From Candidatus Methylomirabilia bacterium (GTDB lineage Bacteria > Methylomirabilota > Methylomirabilia > Rokubacteriales > CSP1-6), in contig JBGQEL010000002.1 of assembly GCA_041496385.1 (NCBI GenBank), positions 54,969-118,968 on the forward strand: a DNA stretch of 64,000 bases, read 5' to 3'. The notes beneath the pieces were generated by a model, which was not told the DNA's origin, did not search any database, and saw only the letters and a program-made list of their open reading frames with translations. Both the position numbers and the translations under genes were made by a program. Positions 21,153 to 30,918 of this stretch are shown here, one piece after another. Position 1 is the first letter of the stretch; each line of letters begins with the position of its first letter.

Positions 21153-23438
21153 ATGGCCTATCGCGTGATCGGCGGGAGCCAGACGCGGGCGGACGCGTGG
21201 GAGAAGGTGCGCGGCCGGCCGATCTACGCCGGCGACCTGGCGCTGGCCGGCATGCTCCACGCCCGGATCGTCCGGAGCCCGTACGCGTCGGCCCGCATCG
21301 TACGCCTCGACACACGGGCCGCGCTGTCGCTCCCGGGCGTTGCGGCGGTGCTCACGGCGCAGGACGTGCCGCGCAACGAGCTGCGCATGGAGCTGCCCGG
21401 GCGGATGGCCGAGGCCACCGCGGGCGCCGTGCTGGCCACGCAGCCCGTCCTCGCCGCCGACCGCGTGCGCTTCCAGGGCGAGCCCGTCGCGGCGATCGCG
21501 GCCGAGACGCCCGAGATCGCGGCCCAGGCCGCCGACCTCGTCGAGGTGGAGTACGAGGAGCTGCCGGGCGTGTACGACCCGCTCGCCGCGCTCGCCCCCG
21601 GCGCGCCCGAGGTTCACGAGGGTGGCAACGTGCTCCGCCGCTGGCACCTCCGCTCGGGCGACGTCGCTCAGGGCTTCGGGCGCGCCGACGCCATCGTCGA
21701 GCACACCTACCGCACGCCGTTCGTCGATCACGTTTACCTGGAGACCGAGACCGGGCTCGGCTGGATCGACGCCGAGGGCGTGCTGGTCCTCCGCGTGAGC
21801 ACGCAGGTGCTCGAGCACTTCCGGGACGTGGCCGAGATTCTCCGGCTGCCCCACGGGCGCGTGCGACTGGAGGGCACCTACGTCGGCGGCGGCTTCGGCG
21901 GCAAGGAAGACGTCACCGTCGAGTGCCTCCTGGGCCTGCTCGTCTGGACGACGCGCCGGCCCGTGCAGCTCGTCTTCTCGCGCGAGGAGTCCTTCATCGG
22001 CCACGGCAAGCGCCACCCGTACGTGATGCGCTATCGCACCGGCGCCACGCGCGACGGCACGCTCACGGCGCTCGAGGCCGAGCTCGTCTCCGACTCCGGC
22101 GCCTACGCGGCGCTCTCACCGTGGGTGCTGCTCTACAGCCTGGTGACGGCGACCGGGCCGTATCGCGTGCCGCACGTCAGGGTCGACGCGACCACCGTCT
22201 ACACGAACAACCCCGTCGCGAGCGCGTACCGGTGCTTCGGCTCGATCCAGACCTGCCTCGCCTACGAGGGCCAGATGGATGCCCTCGCGGCGGCGCTCGG
22301 CATGGACGCGCTCGCGCTGCGCGAGAAGAACTTTCTCCGCAAGGGCGACGCGCTCGCGACCGGCCAGGTGCTCGAGACCGAGCCGCGGCTCGCGGAGACC
22401 CTGCGCCGCGCGTGGGCCGGGCTCGGTGAGCCGCGGTCATCCGGCCGTCCGATTCGCGTCGGCCGCGCCGTCGCCGCCTCGTTCACGCCCTACGGTCGCA
22501 TGTGCTGGACGCGCGACTCGGCGAGCGCCTGGATCGGCATGGAGCTGGACGGCACCGCCGTCGTCCGCTGCGCCGCGCCCGACGTCGGCGGCGGCCAGAC
22601 TTCGTCGCTCTGCGCGATCACCGCCGAGGTGCTGGGCCTGGACCTCGAGCACGTGACCGCCGTGGGGCGCGACAGCCATTTCACGCCGCGCGCCGGCACG
22701 ACGACGGCCACGCGTCAGCTCCTGATGTCTGGCAACGCCGTGCTCAACGCCGCGCGCGAGGTCCGCCGCCACCTGGTGGCGGCCGCGGCGACCCTGCTGG
22801 AGGCCGCGCCCGGCGACGTCGAGCTGGCCGACGGCCGGGCGTTCGTCAGGGGCGCGCCGGGCCGCGCGCTCACGATGGCGAGTGTGGTGAAGGCGGCGAT
22901 CGCAGAGGGCCGGCCCGTCCAGGCGCTGGAGAAGTACGACGCGCCCTCGGCACCGACGATCGACCCCCTCACCGGGCAGGGCAAGGCGTTCAACGACTAC
23001 ACGTTCGGCACGCACGCGATCGAGATGGAGATCGACGAGGAGACCGGCCGATCGCGCGTGAGCCGGCTCGTGGCGTGCTTCGACGCCGGCCGCGTCATCA
23101 ACCGCGCGAGCGCCGAGGGCCAGCTCGAGGGCGGCGCCGTCCAGGGGCTCGGCTACGCGCTCATGGAGGAGATCGCGCTCGAGAACGGCGTGAGCAAGAA
23201 CCCGCACCTGGCCGACTACCGCATCCCGACCACGCTCGACGTCCCCGAGATCCAGACCGTGCTGCTCGAGTCCGGCGACGGCCTGGGGCCGTTCGGCGCC
23301 AAGGGCCTCGGCGAGCCGGCCATGACGCCGAGCATCGCCGCCGTCGCCAACGCCGTGTCGGCCGCGGTGGGGGTCCGCATGACGGAGCTGCCGATCACAT
23401 CCGAGCGCGTGCGCGTCGCGCTCCGCTCGAGGACGTAG
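21153..23438 (+). CDS. Molybdenum hydroxylase large subunit (XdhA/CoxL family)
   Basis: RSPYASARI, VGGGFGGK, KRHP, AYRCFG, AEGQLEGGAVQGLG, GPFGAKGLGE. Confidence 0.92.
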   Translation: MAYRVIGGSQTRADAWEKVRGRPIYAGDLALAGMLHARIVRSPYASARIVRLDTRAALSLPGVAAVLTAQDVPRNELRMELPGRMAEATAGAVLATQPVLAADRVRFQGEPVAAIAAETPEIAAQAADLVEVEYEELPGVYDPLAALAPGAPEVHEGGNVLRRWHLRSGDVAQGFGRADAIVEHTYRTPFVDHVYLETETGLGWIDAEGVLVLRVSTQVLEHFRDVAEILRLPHGRVRLEGTYVGGGFGGKEDVTVECLLGLLVWTTRRPVQLVFSREESFIGHGKRHPYVMRYRTGATRDGTLTALEAELVSDSGAYAALSPWVLLYSLVTATGPYRVPHVRVDATTVYTNNPVASAYRCFGSIQTCLAYEGQMDALAAALGMDALALREKNFLRKGDALATGQVLETEPRLAETLRRAWAGLGEPRSSGRPIRVGRAVAASFTPYGRMCWTRDSASAWIGMELDGTAVVRCAAPDVGGGQTSSLCAITAEVLGLDLEHVTAVGRDSHFTPRAGTTTATRQLLMSGNAVLNAAREVRRHLVAAAATLLEAAPGDVELADGRAFVRGAPGRALTMASVVKAAIAEGRPVQALEKYDAPSAPTIDPLTGQGKAFNDYTFGTHAIEMEIDEETGRSRVSRLVACFDAGRVINRASAEGQLEGGAVQGLGYALMEEIALENGVSKNPHLADYRIPTTLDVPEIQTVLLESGDGLGPFGAKGLGEPAMTPSIAAVANAVSAAVGVRMTELPITSERVRVALRSRT

Positions 23439-23441
23439 CCC

Positions 23442-23897
23442 GTGCCGGTCTTCGAGGAAGAGTTCACCGTGAACGGAGCGCAGGAGGCCGTGTGGGATTT
23501 TCTCCTCGATCCCGAGCGCCTGGCGCCCTGCCTCCCCGGCTGCGAGAGCCTCGAGGTGGAGGACGCGACGACCTATCGGGTCCGCCTCACCGTGAAGGTC
23601 GGGCTCCTCTCGACCACGCAGAACCTACGGATCACCATCACGGAAGCCGATCGCCCGCGTCACCTGGTGTCGATCGGACGGGGCGAAGACCGGAAGCTCG
23701 CCAGTCAGGTCGAAGTGCACAGCACGCTCGATCTGGTACCGGCCTCCGCGACCGCCACCCGCGTGCGCTACCGCAGCGAGGTCCGGGTGCTCGGGCGGCT
23801 CGGCGCGGTCGGTGACGCGGTCATGAGGGTCAAGGCCAGGCAGCTCTCCGGCGACTTCGCCGCCAACGTGCGCGCGGCGCTCGAGCGGCCGGCGTGA
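23442..23897 (+). CDS. CoxG/SRPBCC family protein
   Basis: VWDFLLDPERLAPCLPGC, VKVG, GRLGAVG; between the L and S subunit genes. Confidence 0.85.
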   Translation: MPVFEEEFTVNGAQEAVWDFLLDPERLAPCLPGCESLEVEDATTYRVRLTVKVGLLSTTQNLRITITEADRPRHLVSIGRGEDRKLASQVEVHSTLDLVPASATATRVRYRSEVRVLGRLGAVGDAVMRVKARQLSGDFAANVRAALERPA

Positions 23898-24355
23898 CGC
23901 TGACACTGACCCTCAACGGGCGCCCCTGCACCACCGAGGCGCCGCCCCACTGGACCGTGCTCGATCTGTTGCGTGACGGGTTCCACCTGATGGGCACCAA
24001 GTACGGATGCGGTGAGGGCGTGTGCGGCACGTGCACCGTGCTGGCCGACGGCCGGCCGATCCGCGCCTGCCTCGTGCTCGCCGCGCACGTGCGGGGGCGA
24101 ACGCTCGTGACCGTCGAGGGGCTCGAGCGCGACGGGCGGCTCGACCCGCTGCAGAGGGCGTTCGCCGAGCGCGGCGCGGCGCAGTGCGGGTTCTGCACGC
24201 CGGGCATGCTGCTGGCCGCGAGGGCGTTGCTCGACGAGACGCCGGCGCCGACGGCGGACGAGATCCGCGAGGCGCTCGCGGGCAACCTCTGCCGCTGCAC
24301 CGGCTACACGAAGATCGTCGAGGCCGTGCGGGTCGCGGCGCCCGGGACGAGCTGA
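23894..24355 (+). CDS. Mo-hydroxylase small 2x[2Fe-2S] subunit (CoxS-like)
   Basis: GTKYGCGEGVCGTCT, QCGFCTPG, GNLCRCTGY. Confidence 0.94.
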   Translation: MTLTLTLNGRPCTTEAPPHWTVLDLLRDGFHLMGTKYGCGEGVCGTCTVLADGRPIRACLVLAAHVRGRTLVTVEGLERDGRLDPLQRAFAERGAAQCGFCTPGMLLAARALLDETPAPTADEIREALAGNLCRCTGYTKIVEAVRVAAPGTS

Positions 24356-24357
24356 GC

Positions 24358-25266
24358 GTGCGCCTCCACCCCTTCGACCTCGTCGAGCCAGAGACGCTGA
24401 CGGGGGCGCTCGACGCGCTCGCACGGCTCGACGGGGAGGCGCGGCTGGTCGCCGGCGGCACCGCGCTCGTGCCGATGATCCGTCTCGGCCTCGTGAAGCC
24501 CGACCGTCTGATCTCGCTGCATCGGCTGCCCGCGCTCGCCGAGATCCGGGCCGACGGCGCGACGCTGGAGCTCGGCGCGATGGCACGGCTCGCCGACATT
24601 CACCGTGCACCTGTCGTGCGCGAGGGCTGGCCGCTCCTCGCCGAGGCGGCGCGCCGCGTAGCCAGCCCGGCGATCCGGTCGTCGGGAACCATCGGCGGCA
24701 ACGTCTGCTACGCCGAGGCCGCGTCGGATCCGGCGCCGGCGCTCCTGTGTCTCGAGGCCGAGGTCAGCGTCGCCGGTCCCGACGGCGGCCGGGCGGTGCC
24801 CATCACCCGTTTCTTCCGCGGCTTCTACGAGGCGGCGATCGAGCCGGGCGAGATCGTGACCGCGCTTCGCGTTCCGCCGACGCCGGCGGGCGCGCGGAGC
24901 GGCTACGTGAAGTACACGTCACGCTCGGCGGAGGACCGGCCGCTGGTCGGCGTCGCCGCCCTCGTCGTCGTGGACGCGGCCGGGCGCTGCGTGGACGCGC
25001 GGATCGGCCTCGGCGGCGTCGCGCCGACGCCGATCCGCGCCCCGCGGGCGGAGGCCGTTCTCCGCGGGGAGGCCCTCGGCGACGCGGCCGTGCGCGCGGC
25101 CGCGGAGGCCGCGGCGGGTGAGGCCGAGCCGCTCTCCGACCTCATGGGCAGCGCGGACTACCGCCGCGAGATGATCCGGGTCTGGGTGCGTCGTCTGCTG
25201 GTAGGCCTGCGCGACGGCGGAGGCCGACCGGCGGCTCAGATCCTCGAACGCCGGCCCGCCCAGTAG
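24358..25266 (+). CDS. Mo-hydroxylase FAD-binding medium subunit (CoxM-like)
   Basis: VAGGTAL, IRSSGTIGGN, DLMGSADYRR; GTG at 24358. Confidence 0.9.
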   Translation: MRLHPFDLVEPETLTGALDALARLDGEARLVAGGTALVPMIRLGLVKPDRLISLHRLPALAEIRADGATLELGAMARLADIHRAPVVREGWPLLAEAARRVASPAIRSSGTIGGNVCYAEAASDPAPALLCLEAEVSVAGPDGGRAVPITRFFRGFYEAAIEPGEIVTALRVPPTPAGARSGYVKYTSRSAEDRPLVGVAALVVVDAAGRCVDARIGLGGVAPTPIRAPRAEAVLRGEALGDAAVRAAAEAAAGEAEPLSDLMGSADYRREMIRVWVRRLLVGLRDGGGRPAAQILERRPAQ

Positions 25267-26762
25267 GGGTCGCGCAGCACGCGCTTGAGGAGCTTGCCGG
25301 CGGGGTCGCGCGGGAACTCCGCGTGGAAGGACACCTCGCGCGGTGCCTTGTAGTCGGCGACGTGCCGCCGCGCGAACGCGATCACGTCCTGCTCGTCGAG
25401 CCGGGCGCCGGGCCGCGGCTGGACCGCGGCGTGGACGCGCTCCCCCCAGTCGTCGTCGGGCACGCCGAAGACCGCGACGTCGTCGACGTCGGGGTGGCGG
25501 TGCAGCGCGTCCTCGACCTCGGCCGGGTAGATGTTCACGCCGCCCGAGATGATCATGTCGCGCTTTCGGTCGCAGATATAGACGAAGCCCTCGCCGTCGA
25601 TCCAGGCCACGTCACCGACCGACGCCCACTCGCCGCGCTGCGTGTCCTGCGTGGCCGCGGTGTCCTTGTAGTAGCCGTCGAACATGCCGGCGAAGCGCCG
25701 CACGTAGAGCTCGCCGGGCGTGCCCGGCGCAACCGCCCGGCCCTCGTCGTCGAGGATCGCGAGCTCGATGCCGGGCGCGGCGCGCCCGCACGAGCCGGGC
25801 TTCCTGAGCATGTCCTCCGGGCGCAGAACCGTGTTGATCCCGAGCTCCGTCGACCCGTAGAACTCGTAGAGGACGGGTCCGAAGTAGCGGAGCGCCTCCT
25901 CCTTCACGCGCGCCGGGCACGGGGCGGCGGCGATGACCAGCGCGCGCATCGACGACACGTCGTAGCGCGCCCGCACGCGCTCGGGCAGGTCGACGATCCG
26001 CTTCACGAGCGTCGGCGCCATGAAGGTCGAGGTGCAGCGGTGGCGCGCGATCGTCCGGAGCGCCTCCTCCGGGTCGAACTTCCGCATCAGCACGACGCTG
26101 CCGCCGAAGACCAGCGCGTAGAGGGCGAAGCTGCCGGGTGCCGAGTGGTAGAGCGGGCCCGCCACGAGGTGCACGTGCGGCTCGGCGAGCCCGAAGGCCT
26201 CCAGGAACCGGCGGATGAGGGCCGCATCCGCGCCCGACCGGAGCGCGCCCTTCGGACGCCCGGTCGTGCCGCCGGTGTAGATCATCGAGCCGCCGAGCCC
26301 CTGGGCCGGATCGGCGGGGATCGGCGTCCCGTCGCCCTTCGCGATCAGGTCGTCCATGGACGCGGCCCACGGCGCCCGCTCGCGCTCGGCGAGGATCCAC
26401 GTCCGCACCTGCGCCGCGCCGGGCCGGACCTGCTCGGCCACGGGGAGAAACTGGTCGCCGACGAACACGGCGCGCGCGTCGGAGTGGTCGAGGATGTAGG
26501 CGACCTCGTCGGCGACGAGGCGATGATTCATCGGCACCGGAATCGCGCCCGCCGCGCGCACGGCTGCGGAGGCGACGAGCGCCTCGAGGGAGTTCGGGAC
26601 CCAGACGATGGCGTGCTCGCCCTTGCCCAGGCCGAGCCCGCGGAGCGCGTTCGCCAGGCGGTTGCGCCGGTCCACGAAGGCGCGCCACGTGAGGTCCCGG
26701 GCGCCCTCGATGAGCGCGAGGGCGTCGGGCGTCCGCTCCGCGTGCGCCGCGAGGACGTCCAC
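25236..26762 (-). CDS. AMP-dependent acyl-CoA synthetase
   Basis: YTGGTTGRPKG, YGSTE, GD, DRKRDMIISGGVNIYPAEVE. Confidence 0.92.
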   Translation of the reverse strand: MDVLAAHAERTPDALALIEGARDLTWRAFVDRRNRLANALRGLGLGKGEHAIVWVPNSLEALVASAAVRAAGAIPVPMNHRLVADEVAYILDHSDARAVFVGDQFLPVAEQVRPGAAQVRTWILAERERAPWAASMDDLIAKGDGTPIPADPAQGLGGSMIYTGGTTGRPKGALRSGADAALIRRFLEAFGLAEPHVHLVAGPLYHSAPGSFALYALVFGGSVVLMRKFDPEEALRTIARHRCTSTFMAPTLVKRIVDLPERVRARYDVSSMRALVIAAAPCPARVKEEALRYFGPVLYEFYGSTELGINTVLRPEDMLRKPGSCGRAAPGIELAILDDEGRAVAPGTPGELYVRRFAGMFDGYYKDTAATQDTQRGEWASVGDVAWIDGEGFVYICDRKRDMIISGGVNIYPAEVEDALHRHPDVDDVAVFGVPDDDWGERVHAAVQPRPGARLDEQDVIAFARRHVADYKAPREVSFHAEFPRDPAGKLLKRVLRDPYWAGRRSRI

Positions 26763-26763
26763 G

Positions 26764-27561
26764 CTAGCGCGGCAAGAAGGAGCGCGTGGCCTCGAGTGCC
26801 TCGCGGGCGACCGCGTCCGCGGGGCGCGCCCAGGCGGCGGGGTTCGGCGCCTCGTAGCTGAGAAATCCTTCGTAGCCCTTCGCCGCCAGGGCCGCGAAGA
26901 ACTCCTTGAAGGGCACGACCCCGGCGCCGGGCGGCAGGCGGTTGAGGACCTGGCCGGGCACCAGACCGCTCCGTGGCACGTCGCTGAACTGCACGTAGGC
27001 GACCTCGTCGAGGGGCACCGTCTCGACGTCGCGCACCTCCGCCCCGCTCCGCCAGAGGTGATAGGTGTCGAGCAGGAGGCCGCAGCGCGGGTGGGCCGCC
27101 GTCGTGAGCACCTCGCGGATCGCCTCGAGCGTGTTGAGCTGCTCGGCCTGCGAGTTGAACTCCACGGCCAGCCGGACCCCGTGCGTCGCGGCGACGTCGC
27201 CGACCTCGCGCACGCTCGCCGCCGCCCGGCGGACGTCGCCCCGCCCCTTGTCCACCGGGCTCATCACGGTGGCGCAGCCGAGCGCGGCGGCGCGGCCGCA
27301 CTGCTCGTCGAACACCGAGAGCAGCCGGCGACGCTCGTCGCCCTCGGCCCACATCCAGCCGAACTCCACGCCGACGCAGGCGACGGGCAGGCCGCTCGCC
27401 TTCACGAGCGCGAGCACGTCGGCGGGCGGCCGCCCCTGCTCGGCGGCGCGATTGAAATCGAGGCGGCGCAGCTCGACGCCGTCCCAGCCGGCCTGGCGCG
27501 CGAGGCGCAGCACGTCGGCCAGCGGGGTCGTGTCGAGCGTCCAGGTGTGGAGCGCGAGCAC
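26764..27561 (-). CDS. Sugar phosphate isomerase/epimerase (IolE/xylose-isomerase-like TIM barrel)
   Basis: GWDGVEL, LAVEF, LLDTYH, VQFSD, RLPPGAG, LSYE. Confidence 0.85.
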   Translation of the reverse strand: MLALHTWTLDTTPLADVLRLARQAGWDGVELRRLDFNRAAEQGRPPADVLALVKASGLPVACVGVEFGWMWAEGDERRRLLSVFDEQCGRAAALGCATVMSPVDKGRGDVRRAAASVREVGDVAATHGVRLAVEFNSQAEQLNTLEAIREVLTTAAHPRCGLLLDTYHLWRSGAEVRDVETVPLDEVAYVQFSDVPRSGLVPGQVLNRLPPGAGVVPFKEFFAALAAKGYEGFLSYEAPNPAAWARPADAVAREALEATRSFLPR

Positions 27562-27565
27562 CGCC

Positions 27566-28348
27566 TCAGACCGCCGCGGACAGCCCGCCGTCGAAGTTGA
27601 TGGCGGTCCCCGTGATGTAGGCCGCGCGCGCCGAGCAGAGGAACGCCACGAGGTCGGCGAATTCGTGCGCCTCGCCGAACCGGCCGAGCGGCACCCGCCG
27701 CTTCTCGGCCATCTCGCGGTAGAAGGCCTCGGGGTCGCCCGTCATCCGACGCTCCCACTGGCCGCTCTTCACGACGCCGAGGCAGACCGTGTTCACGCAG
27801 ATCCGGTCGGCCGCGTACTCATTGGCGAGCGACTTCGTGAGGTTGATGCCGGCCGCGCGCGTCACGCTCGTCGGCAGCGACCGCGCCGCGGGCGCCTTGC
27901 CGCCCACCGTCGTGACGTTGACGATCCGCCCGCCGCCGCGCCGCTTCATGTGCGGGATCACGAGCCGGCAGAACCTGATCGCGGCCATGAGCTTCAGCTC
28001 GATGTCCGTCTGCCACGTCGCGTCGTCGACCTGCTCGAAGGCGCCCGCCGAGGAGGTGCCGGCGTTGTTCACCAGGACGTCCACGCCGCCCCAGCGCGCG
28101 AGGGTCGCGGCCACGAAGGCCTCGACCTGCTCGGGCCGGGTCACGTCGGTCGGCATGGCGAGCACGTCGGCGCCGGTCTCGCGCCTTACCTGGTCCGCGA
28201 CGCGCTCGAGCAGCTCCTTGCGCCGCGCGCAGATCGCGAGGCGCGCGCCCGAGCGCGCGAAGCGCTCGACGCAGGCGCGGCCGAGCCCGTCGTTGCCACC
28301 CGTGACGATCACGATCTTGTCCTTGAGGCCGAGCTCCATGGTATCCAT
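27566..28348 (-). CDS. SDR family oxidoreductase (atypical catalytic motif)
   Basis: TGGNDGLG, LVNNAG, TSVTR in place of YxxxK, YITGTAINFDGG. Confidence 0.88.
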   Translation of the reverse strand: MDTMELGLKDKIVIVTGGNDGLGRACVERFARSGARLAICARRKELLERVADQVRRETGADVLAMPTDVTRPEQVEAFVAATLARWGGVDVLVNNAGTSSAGAFEQVDDATWQTDIELKLMAAIRFCRLVIPHMKRRGGGRIVNVTTVGGKAPAARSLPTSVTRAAGINLTKSLANEYAADRICVNTVCLGVVKSGQWERRMTGDPEAFYREMAEKRRVPLGRFGEAHEFADLVAFLCSARAAYITGTAINFDGGLSAAV

Positions 28349-28391
28349 GGCCCCCGAAGATATCACCGACGGCCGCCCTGGTGTAGCCGTG

Positions 28392-29126
28392 TCAGGACGG
28401 GCCGAGGCGGCCGAGGATCGGGAGCTTGAGCGCGGGGCTCTTCACGTCGAGGCCGAAGGTGAGCGTGAAGATGTTCAGCTCGATGCCCTCCTCCACGCCG
28501 AGCGCCACGCCGCCGAGGCCGAAGAGCGAGAGCTGGACGCCGGTGCCGCTCGGCGTCGGGCCAGCGAGCGCGCCGCCCGCGAGGTAGTCCTTGCCGATGG
28601 CGGTCGGCGGGAGCTTGAGCCGGAGCTCCGGCACCTGCCGGCCGACCCACGCCGTGAACGTGTTGCTGTTGGGCCCGGGCCAGGTGCGGTAGCTCGACGG
28701 GTAGGGATAGGCGGCGACGGCCGCCTCGACCTTGGTAACGATCCCCTCCACGCCCGCGCCGCGCAGGTCGACGAGCTTCTCCGGCCGGGCGCCGAACCAG
28801 TGGTTGTCGGGACCCGCGCGGTTCACGCGGACCGCGGGCGCGCCGCGGTCCACACCCCAGCCGATCACCTCGTACCGCGTGTAGGCCAGGGCCTCGGACG
28901 GCTTCACGGCGATCCAGGTGTGCACGGCGAAGACGCCGCGCCAGCTCACCGCGCGCGCGGCGTAGACCTGCACGACCGCCTCGGGCGTGAACGCCGCGTC
29001 GGGCGCCTGGCCCGAGGGGCCCCGCTCGAGCTCCCACCAGTCGCTCCGGGCCCGCGAGATCACGGCGCAGCCGACGGACGCCGGCAGCGCGAGCGCCAGC
29101 AGCCAGCGCGCGGTGCGCCGGCTCAC
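28392..29126 (-). CDS. DUF3750-like exported protein
   Basis: VVQVYAARAVSWRGVFAVHTWI, YRTWPGPNSNTF; hydrophobic N-terminus ending in VGC; GTGA overlap. Confidence 0.75.
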   Translation of the reverse strand: MSRRTARWLLALALPASVGCAVISRARSDWWELERGPSGQAPDAAFTPEAVVQVYAARAVSWRGVFAVHTWIAVKPSEALAYTRYEVIGWGVDRGAPAVRVNRAGPDNHWFGARPEKLVDLRGAGVEGIVTKVEAAVAAYPYPSSYRTWPGPNSNTFTAWVGRQVPELRLKLPPTAIGKDYLAGGALAGPTPSGTGVQLSLFGLGGVALGVEEGIELNIFTLTFGLDVKSPALKLPILGRLGPS

Positions 29127-30139
29127 CCCCCCAGCTCCTTCCTGACGATGCGCGCGCCCTCGACGAGCGCCGCGAGCTTCTGCCGCACCACCCAGCGCGG
29201 GGTCTCCCAGAAACCGCAGTCCGGGTTGAGCCAGAGCTTGTCGGGCGCGACGTGCTTCAGCGCGGCGCGGATCCGCTCGGCGACCTCGGCGGCCGTCTCC
29301 GCCTTGAACGCCTTCACGTCGATCACGCCTGCGCCCAGCTCCTTGTCGGTCGGGAACTCCCGCCAGAGCCGCAGGTCGTCCGCGCCGCGGTTGGCGTACT
29401 CGAGCACGATCTGCGACGCGTGGAGGCCCGCGAGCGCCGGGTACAGGTTGCGGAAGTCGCGCACCGCGGCGAACGGCCGGCCGTAGAGGTTGCCGAAGCA
29501 GACGTGCACGGCGATCTTCGCGCCCACGCCCTCGACGGCGCGGTTGATGCCCTGGTCGAAGCGCGGCGCCGAGCCCGCGTACATGCCACCGTGGGGCTCG
29601 TCGATCTGGATGAAGTCGCAGCCCGCGGCCTCGAGCGCGCGGCACTCGGCGTTGACGATCCCCACGAGGTCGGCCAGGAGCGTCTCCTTGTCGCGGTAGC
29701 CGCCGCCGAGCTTCAGCGGGACGAGGAGCGTGTACGGGCCCGGCACGGTCGCCTTCAGCGGCTTCGTCGTGAGCGCGCGCGCGAGCTTCCACTCCTCGAC
29801 GACGCCGAGCCCCTCGGGCGCGGCGATCGGCTCGGTGACCTCGAAGGGCGTGTTCGTGTCCCAGAGCGGCTGGCCGAGCTTGCGCGGCGCCTCGAGCGTC
29901 CGGATGCCGGTGACGCGGTCGTAGAAGCCGATGATGAAGCGCACGCGCATCATCTCGCCCGTCGTCAGCACGTCGACGCCCGCGCGCTCCTGATCGAGGA
30001 GCGCCGCCTGCGTGGCGTCCTCCATCAGCTCGCGCACGTCGAGCGCGCCCAGGCGCCCGGCCTCCATCGCCTCGCGGGCGAGCCACACCCAGCCGGGCAG
30101 CCCGTGGCTCCCCACCACCGACGTCGGCAGCAGCATCAC
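29123..30139 (-). CDS. Single-domain cobalamin-independent methionine synthase-like (MetE-C/Zn thiol alkyltransferase) protein
   Basis: TSVVGS, IQIDEP, HVCFGN, GVIDVK, NPDCG (Zn ligands); 338 aa. Confidence 0.88.
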   Translation of the reverse strand: MMLLPTSVVGSHGLPGWVWLAREAMEAGRLGALDVRELMEDATQAALLDQERAGVDVLTTGEMMRVRFIIGFYDRVTGIRTLEAPRKLGQPLWDTNTPFEVTEPIAAPEGLGVVEEWKLARALTTKPLKATVPGPYTLLVPLKLGGGYRDKETLLADLVGIVNAECRALEAAGCDFIQIDEPHGGMYAGSAPRFDQGINRAVEGVGAKIAVHVCFGNLYGRPFAAVRDFRNLYPALAGLHASQIVLEYANRGADDLRLWREFPTDKELGAGVIDVKAFKAETAAEVAERIRAALKHVAPDKLWLNPDCGFWETPRWVVRQKLAALVEGARIVRKELGG

Positions 30140-30918
30140 GCCCCTCCTTTCGCGCGCGTGTACGCGCGGCCCACGTACGCCTCGATCACGCGCGGGTCGC
30201 GCAGCACCACGTCGGGCGGCCCGTCGGCGATCGTCTGGCCGAAGTCCAGCACCGTCACCGCGTCGGCGAGGTCCCCGACCAGCTCCATGTCGTGCTCGAC
30301 CCAGAGCATCGTCGTCCCCAGCTCGTGCTTGATCCGGAGGAGGAAGCGCGCCAGGTTCTCCTTCTCCTCGCGGTTCATGCCCGTCGACGGCTCGTCGAGC
30401 AGCAGCAGCGCCGGCTCGAGCGCCAGCGCGCGGCCGAGCGAGACGAGCTTCTGGACCCCGAACGGCAGGCTCCCGATCGGCTCCTTCCGGTGGCGCTCCA
30501 GCTCGAGGAACTCGATGATCTCCTCGACGCGCCGCCGATGCAACGTCTCCTCGCGCCGCGAGCGCCCCCAGAAGAGGCCGCCGGCGAGGACGCCCGCCCG
30601 CATGTGGCGGTGCCGGCCGAGCAGGATGTTGTCGAGCACGCTCATGTGGCGGAAGAGCTCGACGAACTGGAAGGTGCGCGCGATCCCGTGCGCCGCGACC
30701 CGGTGGGGCCGGAGACCGTGGATCGGCGCGCCGCCGAACAGGATCCGCCCGGCCGTCGGCGCGTAGAAGCCGCCGATGCAGTTGAGGAGCGACGTCTTTC
30801 CGGCGCCGTTCGGACCCACGAGCGCCGCGAGCGCCCCCGGCGGCACCGTCAGGCTGACGCCGCTGAGCACGCGCAGCCCCTCGAACTCGAGCGTGAGTCC
30901 GTCGATTTCTAGGACCAT
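30136..30918 (-). CDS. Liv-type ABC ATPase (LivG-like)
   Basis: GPNGAGKTS, ARTFQ, LPFGVQK, LLDEPSTG, VEHDM. Confidence 0.92.
   Translation of the reverse strand: MVLEIDGLTLEFEGLRVLSGVSLTVPPGALAALVGPNGAGKTSLLNCIGGFYAPTAGRILFGGAPIHGLRPHRVAAHGIARTFQFVELFRHMSVLDNILLGRHRHMRAGVLAGGLFWGRSRREETLHRRRVEEIIEFLELERHRKEPIGSLPFGVQKLVSLGRALALEPALLLLDEPSTGMNREEKENLARFLLRIKHELGTTMLWVEHDMELVGDLADAVTVLDFGQTIADGPPDVVLRDPRVIEAYVGRAYTRAKGGA

Noticed and set aside
21153..25266. Aerobic CO dehydrogenase call
   Set aside because: Motif is AYRCFG, not AYRCSFR; order is L-G-S-M rather than M-S-L; no coxDEF adjacent.
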